NCBI RefSeq assembly: GCF_021869535.1
Contig: NW_026262671.1
Location: 6,572,001-6,636,000 of the forward strand
Reading direction: 5' to 3'
DNA: 64,000 nt
Source of the DNA: Mytilus californianus
Lineage: Eukaryota
The notes below the pieces were generated by a model. The model saw only the letters and a program-made list of their open reading frames with translations, searched no databases and was not told the origin of the DNA. Every line of letters begins with the position of its first letter. Positions within the stretch are counted from its first letter, which is position 1. A program made the translations under genes and the position numbers. Shown in pieces: positions 25,703 to 38,868 of the stretch.

Positions 25703-27511
25703 CAGCAGTCCTTAAAAAGCAGACCGGAGGTCTGGTCTACCAACGACAAAGTTAACTTGCTTGTCTGCTTAAAATGTCCCAAGTTAACTTGAAAAGCAGT
25801 CAACAAGTCTGCTCAAAGGTTACTTTGTACAGGTTAGGACCGCACCCATCTGTAACAATAGAGAATGAAAAAATCATGTATTTTATCGTAAATTTTAGTA
25901 TTAAGCTTCCCGTGAAAATATAGATATCAAGATCTAGAAAGGACATGTTCATTGTTAGTATTGGCTTTTTAAGGTAGATTCCAGAAGATACATCTCTTTA
26001 ATGATCTGAATTCGTCAGTGTACAAAGGTACACATAATTTGCGTTACCATATTTCTATATATGGCAAACTTTCTTAAACGACCGTGTTCTGGATTTTAGT
26101 TCGTATACAGGTATACTTGGGTTAAGTTAAGATTCTACAATATATGGATCTCTATCCAACTTATTCTTCAATGACAATTTTCTTTAGAATGGCGAAAAAA
26201 AAACTGCAGTTTGAATGGCCTACCTTCGTCTTATGACGTTGATTTTGTCATGTTTGTCTGCTGTTTTATAGGCGAACGTCAATCTCATTTTTAAGATACT
26301 TGCATGTGTTTTGTGATCCTTTACAGGTGAACAAGATAAAATCTCGTAGAACGTGTCTATAGCCAGTCTTGGATTCCAATTAAACATTAAAAAGTGAGGA
26401 TTTTATTCTATACTTTCATGTCTGGTTGCATTGTAAGAATGGATAAGAGGTACTTCATAGGTTCTCTAAACTGATTTCTTATCTTTCTTTTAAGTGCTTA
26501 GTATGTTCAGAAGTGTCTAGTTAACCGCTAACACTGTCCATTGCCGCTTTTATATCACCGTTAAACATCTAATTTTTCAGTCGTTGCTGTATCCTAGATA
26601 GTGCATTGGCAACCTGCTGCTGAATTTCAAGTCGTATTTAGAAAGAAAAGCGACGTCGTCTATCGTCGCTCAAACAAACACACATGTCAAATGATTATTT
26701 TCCATTTTGACTTCAAATTTACTGCTATATAGATACTAGTAAGATTAGATTGTCACCGCCGATTATAGAGCTAAATTTCTTTTTAATGGTTCGGTTACAT
26801 CCTTTCCAACCCTTGTAAGCTTCGGCTTGCATTTGCAATTACTCTGACATCAAGTAAGGTTTGGCTAGTATAAACATTACCATACACATCCACTTAATTA
26901 TCAAATATCTGATTTGGCCTTTGTTTTAGGTACGTGACTATGCTTTTGATAAAACTACAGATACATGTCCGTTAATGGTAAAAAAAATCAACTATTACTG
27001 TACAAAATATGCATGATATTTTATTGAATTATGCATGTTATGTTAGAGCAAATTTAGCTCTCATTACACAAATATAAATAGCTACCTATATGATAATTTC
27101 TTTTTCTTTCGTATATCCTCTTTTTGCATTCAATGTCATAATTAGAAATATTTTTTTGTGATATAATCATATCCTTTAATGCATGACCTCTCGATCTCTG
27201 TGTTGATTTCTTAGTATACCATTTCTAAAAAAATTGAATACCGTTTAAAACCAATTCAATAATTTGTAAAACATAAGGATGCATTATTGTCGTTTCAAAA
27301 GAATATTTAAGGTAATTCAATATTTAAAATCTTCTTTTATATATATATTTTGTCTATTCGGAAAATATATTGAAAGGCTCTAATTATATCCTGCGTTGGT
27401 GATTTCCACCGTCGTTCATTACATTATGTTGATAAGTTTGTATAGCATACCCATTTTGGGATAATGTAACATCTGTAATTTAATCTAACAATGAATTTGA
27501 CCGTTATTTAG

Positions 27512-27995
27512 ACCTTGGATGTTCCTTTCTGTTAAATGTTTTTGAAAATGTGTCATGTTGTGGTAAAAAATAAGTCTCCATTGATCATGAACTAAGTGAT
27601 TATAAAGGAAAAAACACGAATTCAAATGGAAAAGACGAATTTTCATGATTCGCATTACATTTTGACCTATAATTAACATTGCTGCTTTTATAACTGTGTG
27701 TTTAGTGAATAGAGAAACATGTTTAGATAGAAATGCTGCTCTAGGAATGTTTATAACGCTTGTGTCGTTTACTGTGGTATCATATAAAACAATTGAAGTA
27801 GCAGTGTGGCTTCGTATGACTTTAGTGCAGTGAATCAGATGGAGAAGAAGATATGTTGTATTATATGATATTTTACAGAATATATGAAATAGAATTTGAT
27901 GTCTTGTTTTGTTCTATAGTCTGGTTTTATCAAACTTGGAAATGAGTGAGTTTAAAACCGCTACAACTGTACTTGGTTGCTTAGATATAGTTCAT
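27512..27995 (+). pseudogene. Membrane-protein family copy B, frameshifted and 3'-truncated
   Basis: Acceptor ttatttag|accttggatgttcc; ttttacagaatatatgaaatagaatttgatgtc; accgctacaactgtacttggttgcttagatatag. A degenerate donor aag|gtaatt lies ~200 bp upstream, as in copy A. Confidence 0.85.
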
Positions 27996-28169
27996 ATTGT
28001 CTATCATTTGCTACTCATTATGTTCTATTCTAAATTTTGAAGCTACTGCAGAGAAATCATAATGTTGTGTATTTTAAAAGTAAGTGGAAACTTAAGTATC
28101 AAAACGTTTTTTAATAATTTTGTCTCATTATGGAAAGGTCATTGAAAATTTCGTAAGAAATCAAGTTAT

Positions 28170-28460
28170 GATGATTGTGGACTATCAGTCCCCGAGGGTA
28201 TCATCAGCTCAGTAGTCAGAACTTCGGTACTGACATGATTTATAATAAACCTTTCTTAAATTGTCCGTTTATAAATTTTGAAGTTATAAAGAAACTAAGG
28301 CAAAGTTGACCTTAGATAAGTTTGCCTTTTTTTTTAGGTAATTTATGTCATATAGCTCTTCAACTGTTTCGGTACATATACATCCTTGGATTTCAGATGT
28401 TTGGTTTTGAGCGTTCCTAATGAAGATAATTAATTGAAAAAGTGCTTCGGACTCATGAAA
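28170..28460 (+). repeat. Degenerate copy of the 350-bp hammerhead-bearing repeat
   Basis: Matches the reverse complement of 56840-57140. Hammerhead core decayed (gagcgttcctaatgaagataattaattgaaaaagtgcttcggactc). Confidence 0.7.
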
Positions 28461-29642
28461 TTATTACATATAATGGAGTAATATCATATTAAAGTTTGTT
28501 AAGAACATTATTTTGATATCAGTTTTAACTTTGAAAATAAATTACAATATGTTTCACATTCAAACATAATACATTTCGTCTTTGGTTGAAATCGTTATTG
28601 CTTTGTGAAAAAACAATTTTTTTCTTAGTTATTTGTTCTTAATTCAATAGATACAAGAAGATGTGGTATGTGATACAACTCTCCATCCAAGTCACAATTT
28701 TTAAAAGTAAACCATTATAGATCAAGGTACAAACACTATACCTTGTTCACGTACCAAACAACATTTTGGAAACACAGCAACGAACATATAGTCTATATGC
28801 CGATTACACTCAATTTCATATAATTCCTAAAATTTTGATTTTAAAATTCAAAAAGGTATTGATTGTTCTTTAATCAAGAATATACTATACTTCATAAATT
28901 GTATGTGGAATTGTTGTTAATAAGGAATTTACTTCTTTGTACTTTTATTTTTCAATTTTAAATCCCCATGATAAATTATTTTGGTTCCTCTATGATTGCT
29001 TTTTTTTTCATTTTTTCACAAATGTCAATAATCTTTTCCCAAACATTCATTTGATGATGATGTGCTCCTAATTTTCTGTAATATAGCATTCATGATACTT
29101 TGAATATGTACTTATTTCCATTGCTTCAACAAAACTATACACAGTTTGGTATATAGCAAAAATTAGTGACTGTGCACATGCTTTGCGTTCAATAACTAGG
29201 GTTATCCAATTCGAGAAGCCAGCCGACCTTTAATAAATAATAAATATGTTTTGCTACCCATATTTTATAGTTTGGGTTCGTTATATAACCATGCTTGTGA
29301 AAAACACTGACATGGTTTGTAGCCTTTTATTTAGATTAGGGTTAATGTTTTTCTTGGAATCTTATTGAATATTGTAAAGTTTACAATACAAGATGTTTAA
29401 AGTCATAAGTTTAATTTAGGACTTTATTCTTACAAGATCATTTGATAAATGCAACAATCATTATTACAATCTACGTTATAAAATGTATTGTATTTACAAA
29501 ACAAAAGGCTTATTTTTCATCGACCTAATCAAATAATTAAAATTAACATTAAGGATCTTCATTTGCCAATCGTTATATACTTCTGAAACATTCAGGTAAA
29601 TAAGAGTGTTAAGCAATCTAGAAACGATTGACTTTTGCTTAG

Positions 29643-30590
29643 ACATTGGGTGTTCCTTTTTATTAACCGTCTTTGAAAATGTGTCATGTTGTGGGAATGA
29701 TAAAGTTTCAAATAGTCAGAGCCCAAAGGATACAAGAAGAAAAAGACGAGTTTTATTGATTCATATAATTCGGATTAGTATTTAATATTGCTGCCTTTAT
29801 AACTGTCTGTGAAGTTAACAATGACATAATGAACGCTTCTCTGGGATTATTTATTACTATTGTGGTGTTTACTATGATAGCATATGTTGTTATAACAGTA
29901 TCGGTTTGGACTGCTCATGTTGATTGCGACAAATCGTTGTTAGACCACATGATATTTTACAGACTTATTATGCCTATTAATAGTCTTTAATAAATGCACA
30001 TTAGTGAGGGAGTATAAAAATTCAAGGACATCTGACTGTTTGACGTCATTGATCATTTTCATCTTTCCAAATAAAAGTTAAATTTGTGAGAATTTTGTAA
30101 TTGTACAATTCAATTTATCACGTTTCACACTTTAACTTTCTCATTTTATATTTCCGTTATAAACATTTCACAGGAAAAAACAATAAACATGATCAATGAT
30201 TCATATGTCGGTACAATCATATACCCTATCGGTAAGCCGAGTACTTGTCACCACATTTGACTTTTGAAATTATGAAAAGCACTAAGAGCGTTTTAAATTT
30301 TAATCTACATTTAGAAAATATTTATGTTTTAGTTCTAATCTACAGTCTTTATTTGGGAAAGAACAGAGTTCACAACAGCTACAACTGTACTTGGATGTTT
30401 TGATATAATTCTTAATTCTATTTTACTAGGAAGGAATGTGTCTGACTTAAAAAATAAACAAAATGCAATCTTGTTTATTATTTTTGGTATATTACTGGCG
30501 CCGTTAGTACCATTTCAGTTTCTTATTATTATGATAAATAGGGAAGCTGCCCGCGTGCTGAGTTTAAACGATCACCTCAGAATAAAATAA
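29643..30590 (+). pseudogene. Membrane-protein family copy C (second subfamily), split by an ~340-bp insertion
   Basis: Acceptor gattgacttttgcttag|acattggg; DIGCSFLLTVFENVSCCGNDKVSNSQSPK. Homology breaks at ~29968 inside the YRLYEIEFD codons and resumes at ~30310 with ...ttcacaacagctacaactgtacttggatg. Confidence 0.85.
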
Positions 30591-31889
30591 TTGTTCCTTA
30601 CATATCATGAATCCAATTTTGTTAAAACATATGCTAAACAGATCAATATATGGCTTTGGCTCCCTGGACCGTTTGGTTTCTCGTGGTGATACAGCATACG
30701 ATACAGAATTTGCCATGTATTAATCTATATGTATCATATTTTAGAGACATTTCAGAGACTTTGTTAAAAAGTTTAGTTTTGGTACGAGACTGTGTGAATT
30801 TGATTAATCCTCATATACTCGTATTTATTGTTTTATGTTGTGCCCTACTACAACCGCATTTTTTCATCTATTAATGTGAAATAGACGGCAAAACTAGGCG
30901 ACTAAAACAAGCATACTCTCAGTTTTCTAAATATACTGCTGAAATTTATCCACAGGAACTTTCCATAAATAAATCAAACATCAACAGTAGTAATAGACTA
31001 AGACATTTCAGTTTTACACCCGCAAAAAATGCTTGACAAAAGGCATGATTTTTCACTTTGTGGACGGTGATGTTCTTCTAGCACCATACTATGGTATTGA
31101 TATATTTCAATTCGTTCGTTATGGTCGTGTCTGTAGTAACATTTAGGACTTCAATGAGCGTTATCAATGTATTACTGGTAAATTATGAAGTCAGGGATTT
31201 CTTTTTTCAAAACTTTCGAAAGATACGCTGATTTGTTTTGCAAATTAGGCTGTGCTTTTAATTAAATGTATTTCAGACGGAATAGCACATATTAAAATTT
31301 ACGGTGGTGTTGGTAACCGAGCAATAATAGTTTTCTTAAAGTTTACCAATTCAGCAACTGTAATTAAAATTTTATATTATTTAATTGGTATAAATATTCA
31401 TGTTGTTATACGTAAATTCAAGTCATACTAAATAATTTTGTTATACACATATGCACTTTAACGTTACTACAATCTGTCGGTATCTTTATTTTGGCCTTAC
31501 AACTGTTCATGTTTTTCCGGACTGTAAATGACGTTTTAACATGAAATCCATTGGGTTCAGAATGTGTACTGATTGATCTTTTAGTCTAAGATACATTGAT
31601 GTGTTTATTAAATGGTAGATGCTTTGAACTAGTTGTCAGTTTATGCGAGTAATCTTTATTTGAGACGAAATCAACAATAACCCCACTTTTCCTTTGCTTT
31701 TTGTGAGCTTTTACTGTGCATATACTGCAATGTGTCATGGATGAATATTCCATATCCTTTGTTTTTTTTTCTATTAAATACATATGAACAATGATAAATA
31801 AAAATAGCATGTGCATAGCATAAACAATTCTAGTATTTGATGATGTCATCCTCGATGGTTTTAAGTGATTTCTTTTCCATAAAGTACGT

Positions 31890-32010
31890 AAAAATACATG
31901 TCGGCAAGTAGGGACCACACTTAGTTCCAATTAAAATCTCGACCATCTTTTGCAATATCAATCCACCAAACTCAACAAATAAGTTGTCGATAAAAAAATA
32001 ATCATAGCAT
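31890..32010 (-). pseudogene. Short Penelope-like RT remnant
   Basis: Minus strand reads IDNLFVEFGGLILQKMVEILIGTK...LLADM, homologous to the RT at 35480-35580. Confidence 0.65.
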
Positions 32011-33639
32011 AATGACGATTTATCTTTTTGATAAAAAATGAATGATAAATCGAACCTTGAACAGTTGGAAGTTGTATGGAGATACTATTCAATTTGAAAA
32101 CGGAACCTAAAATAAAAACTGAATACACCGTTAGATTCGGTTTATCAAAAACCCCAATAATGCAAGTGTTTTAGAATAACCAGGAAAGTTTAATGTTGGA
32201 CCTTTTATACCTCAAAATAAATCAATTCTAAAACTGGGCCTACGACCCTAATCTAAATAAAAATAAGAGTTCAATACTTTGTTTTAAACTCCATTGAAAT
32301 TTGTCAAAAATAAGCATGTATACAAAATATAAGAAAGTATTATGTTGACCCTTTTTTGCATCTAAATCCAAAACGGATTGGGTTATTATCCCTTAAATCA
32401 ATCGCAACCTCTCACATTTTGGTAAAAATTCTTTTGGTATATTAAATAGAGATCGATAGACTTATACTGGTATTCAATTTATTATCTGGAAACCAAAAAT
32501 TCCCTCATTTTTGGCTCTCTTTTGACTTCAACAGTTTGAGCCATAACCCCTCATATCAATAACAACCTTTCTTTTGGGGTATGGACCCTTGTTGTTTATA
32601 TTTCATAGAGAAGTATACACTTATACTCAAGTTATTGTCTGGAAACCAAATCGGACGACCACGACGCAGATGACAACATCGCCATACTTTTATACGAATG
32701 AAAACATTTGCAGTCATATAAAAACTGGTCTCCCTGATACTTTAAAAAAGAGTGCTGAAAGTGGCATTAAACCCAATTAATAATCAGCCAATCAACCTTT
32801 ACTATTATATTTATTCTAAGCCATACATGTTCAGGTTCACGTTTTCATAATTTTACAAAATACGTGTATCAAGGTTCTAGAAGCAAAACAAAAACAAAAC
32901 AAAACAAAAAAACAAATCAAAACAAAAAAACAATTTCACTCAAAAAAACTGAACTCCGAGCAAAATTCAAAACAGAAAAACACTTTAACTTATGTATTTT
33001 TACTACCATTCAAATGTTTCAATATATTTTTACACTAACAAACCATCAAAGCACTATAGTGCGAAAAAATGAAGGCAGCAGTAGTACACTGCTGTTCAAT
33101 AAAAGAGTACTAAATGTAAATGTGCTTCTAATGCCAATTGTAACACATTCAAAAATCGTGACCTTACTTTTTATTGGACTTGCTTTATTTCAAATATATA
33201 CCTCTAACAAACGAAAGCAGTTCAAATTAGAGTTTACTAAAATGAATGCGTGTAGAGTAAAAAATAAGCAAATCATTCATATACAAAACCAATCAGGGAA
33301 GACGCAGTAATTAAAATCTCTATCTCCCTTAAAATCCTATCTTCGTCGATGAAATAGAAGTTTAGTCCTTTCTATTTTTGTAACAAAAAGCGATTTCTCC
33401 CAGTAAATATATGACCGTTTTTTTTATATAAAAAAAAAGTTCACAGTAACTATAAACTATTCAACAAACGACCATTTACTTTTTTAGTTTCAAAAGATGT
33501 GTTTTCCTAATTAGTAGGTGTATACTTGTAGTTGGATGCAATAATATGGTCAAATCATTTGTTGAAATACAACGACTAATTTAAACCTATGAGTTTCAAG
33601 CTTAAAATCACATCAATACTGATAATCCTTAATTTCACT

Positions 33640-33818
33640 TTATGACCGGAACGTCTTCACTGTACCTTTGACATACGTTTTACATACGGGACATTTTCGC
33701 ATTGCTGGGGCACAATCTGTACAACATACGATATGTCCGCATGGTAGGAAAGCAACAGTAGAATCAAACTCCCTACAAACTTTACACTGTCGTTGTTCTT
33801 GTAGCTGTCTATTTTCTT
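33640..33818 (-). CDS. Terminal exon of an IAP/BIRC-like gene: C-terminal RING finger
   Basis: tttgattttag|AA GAA AAT (phase 1) gives EENRQLQEQRQCKVCREFDSTVAFLPCGHIVCCTDCAPAMRKCPVCKTYVKGTVKTFRS*, the IAP/Mdm2-type C-terminal RING pattern. No BIR exon recognised. Confidence 0.82.
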
Positions 33819-34458
33819 CTAAAATCAAACGAGAAAAATATGATGCAAACAAATTTAATTTAGCAATGAAAATATAAAAAAGAATTGCAGAACTCTAATT
33901 GTATATCAATCGTCATTATCGTTTCTGGAATTCTGAAAGAAACATATCTGATTACCTGCAATTATCTTTGAAAGTTACAAAATATTGAGTTATCAGCAAA
34001 ATAGCATCATTTATGTAAACGAGTGTGTAACAACGGTCTGTCTCATGGGTAATGTTGATAAAACTAAATTTGTTTTAGATTATTTGTGTCACAACTCAAT
34101 AGAGACGTTATTGCAGGTGACGTTTATCCTGTCGACGCAACATGTCTCGCTCTTTTTTGAAGTTCATGCGACATCCTGGTTTGTCACCTTGGTTTTTATA
34201 CTTAAACAATAATTAAGATTTTAACATCGGTAAAATACTGTTGGTCTAATGAATAATAATAAATAAAAATGTCGGAGAACACGGTTGTTTGTCAAAGGAC
34301 TTCCGATTGTGAGCTGAAAAATGTGTTCCAAAAATGACATAAAAATATGATTCCAGTAAAACAATCGATCATAAATTTTTTCATGAGTTTTAACAGTAAT
34401 TACTTTGTTGTCGATGCTTGTGTTACGTTTATTGTTTGAAATAATTTCACAACCATAC

Positions 34459-34592
34459 CATCAAAAGAAGCACCATCTATTCCTTCTGCTGTGCTATTTT
34501 TTGGTACATTTAAAACTTCTATTGTTGCTGGTGGTCCTGTCTGAGGAGAACAGTTACGATATCTGATGCTGAAACATCTGTGACTCTTTCAC
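34459..34592 (-). other. Possible upstream (linker) exon of the IAP-like gene
   Basis: Acceptor tttttcag|gtgaaag and phase-1 donor TTT GAT G|gtatgg are compatible with the RING exon. The 134-nt length forces a stop unless one base was lost or the internal acceptor tgtttcag is used. Confidence 0.35.
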
Positions 34593-35284
34593 CTGAAAAA
34601 CGTTGTTTTGTTATATGTAAAAAGATGATTTCCTGTTAGTTCTAGACAAGAGATATTCACTTATCTCATAGGGTTTGCTACCTGATCATTTCATATGATA
34701 AAATTGAGAATGGAAATGGGGAATGTATCACAGAGACAACAACCCGATCAAAATGAAGAAAACAGCCGAAGATCGCCAAAGGGTCTTCAACACAGCGAGA
34801 AAATCCCGCAGCCGGGGGGGGGGTGGGGGATTATCATTATTCTATTGTGGTTTACTTTCGTAAAAAAATAATGGAAGGTGTCTGTTGTTATTCGATGATT
34901 TACCTGTTGTAATATGCTATTATATCATTTATTGGTGTATTTCTCTGTCCTGAGTGTTATTTTGTTAATTTGTTCGTAATATCACTGGTGTTTAACTGAT
35001 AATCGTAACTAGAATTACGACGATCCTAATATGGCGACGGCAGAAATAGGTAAAAATCTTTTCAGTCATTTTTTTCTCAAATGTAGCCTGTTGTTGTCAA
35101 TAGTTACTCAGCTGCAAGGTTTTTCTGTACCATTACCATCATATTTAAATCGTCACGGTGTACTATAATTGTCTAAGCGCTTAGAAAAAATTGCCGTCGA
35201 AATATTCGGGATAATAATCGTAATTCAAAAAAAGGATAATCGTAATTCCGGTAGTAAAAAATGAGAAGATAATCGTAATGGATG

Positions 35285-36130
35285 GTGTTTACACCACTAT
35301 TCCCAATGCTCAGTTGAAAGACCACCATCTCATTAAACAGAGCTTTTTGTATAAAAATGAGAATCATAGATACAAATTTCTTGTTTTGGGTTACAATAAT
35401 TCATAGTTTGTGAAGAACCACACTGAATCTACCAGAAAATATACTGAAGATGATATTATCAAAATGCTGGATTTTTTGATCGACAATATATTTGTTGAGT
35501 TTGGAGGATTTATATTTCAACAGACAGTCGGTATTCCAATGGGTACTAATTGTGTACCCCTACTGGCCGATTTGTTTTTGTACTCGTATGAAGTAGAATT
35601 CATTCAGAACCTAAAAGACAAAAAGAAAAAGCACCTTGCGAAATTCTTCAATTTTACTTTCCGATATATTGATGATGTCCTATCATTGAATAACCCATAT
35701 TTCAGCCAATACTTACATCTCATATATCCCAGTAAACTTGAAATTAAGGATACTACTGATACTAGAAGGACTGCTTCATACCTTGATTTTTTCCACAATA
35801 TTGACACAGATGGACGACTTCACACGAAAATCTATGATAAACGGGACGATTTCAACTTCCCAATTATCAGTTTCCCATTTCCCAGCAGTAACATACCGTC
35901 TGCTCCTTCGTATTATGTTTACATACCTCAATTGATACGTTTTTCTCGTGCATGTTCACACTATACGGACTTCATATACAGGAGTGTGCTCCTAACGCAG
36001 AAACTGCTCCAACAAAGTTATGAGGAGGACAGATCAAAATGACACTCCGTAAATTTTACGAACACCATCACGAATTGGTTAATCCATACGATGTGTGTTT
36101 TTCCAAACTAACTAAGGACATTTTTACCAC
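35285..36130 (+). pseudogene. 5'-truncated reverse transcriptase of a Penelope-like retroelement
   Basis: ORF 35410-36042: QQTVGIPMGTNCVPLLADLFLYSYE, FRYIDDVLSLNN, IYDKRDDFNFPI, YIPQLIRFSR. Upstream YTTIP motif lies in a broken frame. Confidence 0.85.
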
Positions 36131-36469
36131 GTGTTAGATTGTGGTTTGTCATTACGTCGTCTAATTTTTTAATTACCGAACGTGACTGTTTTGCTAAGTG
36201 TGAATTCGCATTGTTATAAGACGTGTCACGGTACTTTTCTATCCCAAATTCATTCATTTAGTTTTGATGTTATATTTGTTATTCTCATCGGATTTTGTCA
36301 AATGTCTGAACGTTTGTAGTTGTAATTCTTATTTTTTTTCTGTTGTATTCGTGTGTTTTGGTAAAGATAATTAATCATCCAGTTCATTTATTAGATTTTA
36401 GTTTGGATCAACGAAATTTATACGATATATTTGGTTTACAGTTTGATTCAGAAAAACACCGACATAGCT

Positions 36470-37020
36470 AGATAATACAATTAATTTTCTAATTACTACC
36501 ACAATTTGATACTAATTAGTATTGTAATTTTCATTGTTATTAATTAATGTTATATCAGTCTTACAAATCTAATCCTGAATTCTATCCTAATTCCATCTTA
36601 TTTTTGGGAAATCTTTTTAGAAATTCAAATGTGACGTCACTTTGTGCGTTGATGGCTTTAGCTAACTCGGCTGTGTATTTTTATGTTCTGGTTTAGGTTG
36701 TTTTATGTAATGTGTCCGATTTTATTCTGTAGTTAGTCACCACTTCGGTTTTATCATGTATATCTATTATATAGTCATTTAATAAAATTTACTGTTTGCA
36801 AAAGTATGAATTATTCTAAATAATCAGGATGTTCTTATCCCAGGCAGAAAACCCAAGCCGTATTGGTCACAACTTTTTGGAACTTTTGATCCTCAGTGCT
36901 CTTCAACTTTGTACTTGTTTTGGCTTTCGAACTTTTTTCATCTGAGCGTCACTGGTTAGTCTTGTGTGGCCGAAACGCATGTCTGGCGTATTAAATTGTA
37001 TACCTGGTACCTTTTGTTAG
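36470..37020 (+). repeat. Composite dispersed repeat ending in a decayed hammerhead motif
   Basis: The same composite is at ~40660-41150 (+) and ~59290-59810 (-). Core here is gcgtcactggttagtcttgtgtggccgaaacgcatgtctggcgt (CUGAUGA mutated). Confidence 0.7.
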
Positions 37021-38868
37021 CTATTATTCGTGTGTTTCTCTGTCCGATATGTTCTCCCATTTATTTGTATTGTAGTCCTGTCATGCAATGTTGTCATTTT
37101 AATGTTATATTTAACATTGCCATAAAAGCGGGAGGTTTGGCATGCCACAAAACCAGGTTCGACCCACCATTTTTTTCTTAAAATGTCCTGTACCAAGTCA
37201 GGAAAATGGCCATTGTTATATTATAGTTCGTTTCTGTGGGTGTAACATTTTAATGTTGTGTTTCTGTTGTGTCGTAGTTCCATTCTTATATTTGATGCGT
37301 TTCCCTCAGTTTTAGTTTGTAACCCGGATTTGTTTTTTTCTCAATCGATTGATTAATTTCGAACAGCGGCATACTACTGTTGCCTTTATTTGATTGTTAT
37401 TGACACTAAAAACTGCTATCTGAAAGCATATGATAAAAATATGGTGATGAATTAATCACGAAAAATATTCCAACAATTTATGACATTTCGTTTTGTGAAT
37501 AATTATATGATTAATAGTCCCAATGTAAATATCTATATTCTAGTATATCATAAAATAGGACGGCGGAACAAGCTTTGGGAAATTTGTAGATGGGGAAACA
37601 CGAACTATGTCAAAATACAGAAAACTCCAGAAACTAGGAATGTCCAAAAATATGGGAATGAGAGAAGAGGAAACTTTATATTAAGGAAGTTATGAGAGAT
37701 GGCAGTTATTGTCGGGCGAAACGTGCTTGTCAGATTAGTGATTAATTATAAAAAAAAGATGTGGTTTGATTGCCATTGAGACAACTCTAAACAAAAGACC
37801 AAATGGCACAGGAATTAACAACTATAGGTCACCGTACGGCATTCAACGATAAACAAAGCTATAAAAAGCCCCGACATGACACATGCAAAACAATTTCATG
37901 ACTGTTGAAATGGAAAGTTTTATATTCATGGGGATGGGTGGGGGTCACTTCTGGCGTGGTGCTTGAATTTAAAAAAAACATCCCCATTCATATATTGCCG
38001 AAGATCAATTATGGGATCCATGTTATGACTTATATATTTATATAGGAAGTTACCCACAGCCCCCCCCCCCCCCCCCGTGGTATAGGGGAGGCTTATTTTC
38101 CCTTTTTATTGATTATGTTGATTGGATATATGCTATATTTGAGGAAAAACATATGGTATATTAAATGTGGTATACGGAACATTCATGAGGAGCAATGAGT
38201 TGAAAGGATTGCACTTTAGGGGTATGGCATATTGGTAATACCCCCCCCCCCCCAAAAAAAAAAAAAACAAAAAAAAACAAAACAAAACAAAACACCAAAC
38301 AACCTAAACGAGCACACAACAACAACATTGAAAGAAATTGAAATATCTATTTAACTAACTCGACAGTTGCTTTATTTTGCATATCTTTAACAGGTTCATG
38401 TAAATATGTCATATATTAAAAGGTCATGCATATTGTTGTCAGTTATAAATCGAAATATTTCAGTAAATCCTAGACATTAACCTGTAAGTTGCTTCATTTA
38501 TTTATATTTTGCGTTAATGTCATCGTTTAACTGGACATTGTCGTTTTTGCACACAAAATACCATTGAAAAGCTTATTATTTTTCAGTTAATATTATCCCA
38601 TTTAGAAATTACGATTATCAAACAAGAAAAATGCCACTGAGTTACGATTATCCTCCCGAATTTTTCGAAGGTAATTTTCTAAGCGCTTAGACAATTATAG
38701 TGCACCGTTACGATTCAAATATGATGTAATTGTATAGAAAAACCTTGCAGCTGAGTTATTCCTGAAAACAACAGGCTACCTTTGAGAAAAGGACTGAATA
38801 GATTTTACCTATTTCTGCCGTCGACATATTGGGATCGTCGTAATTCCAGTTACGATTATCAGTTTAAC

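Larger units (their letters stand above)
22527..25852. mobile_element. Non-autonomous TIR element with TA target duplication carrying internal satellites
   Basis: TA|CAGATGGGTGCAGTCCTAACCTGTA ... TACAGGTTAGGACCGCACCCATCTG|TA. Palindromic AAGTTAACTT motifs are repeated subterminally at both ends. No transposase seen. Confidence 0.85.
34996..38862. mobile_element. Non-autonomous TIR DNA transposon with ~270-bp TIRs and nested insertions
   Basis: gtttaa|ctgataatcgtaactagaattacgacgatcc ... ggatcgtcgtaattccagttacgattatcag|tttaac. TSD reads TTTAA (5 bp) or GTTTAAC (7 bp). GATAATCGTAA subterminal repeats occur in both arms (34996-35282, ~38602-38862). Confidence 0.85.

Noticed and set aside
31586-31930. 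114-aa minus-strand ORF
   Set aside because: Non-ATG start at the edge of an RT remnant, no domain, composition typical of chance AT-rich ORFs.
32864-33310. 148-aa ORF
   Set aside because: GTG start, low-complexity poly-A/AAAAC-derived N-terminus, includes a repeat fragment, no recognisable domain.
37560-37685. Exon-like purine-rich frame (DGGTSFGKFVDGETRTMSKYRKLQKLGM...) inside the TIR element
   Set aside because: Only ~41 codons with no recognisable homology or partner exon; cannot be supported.
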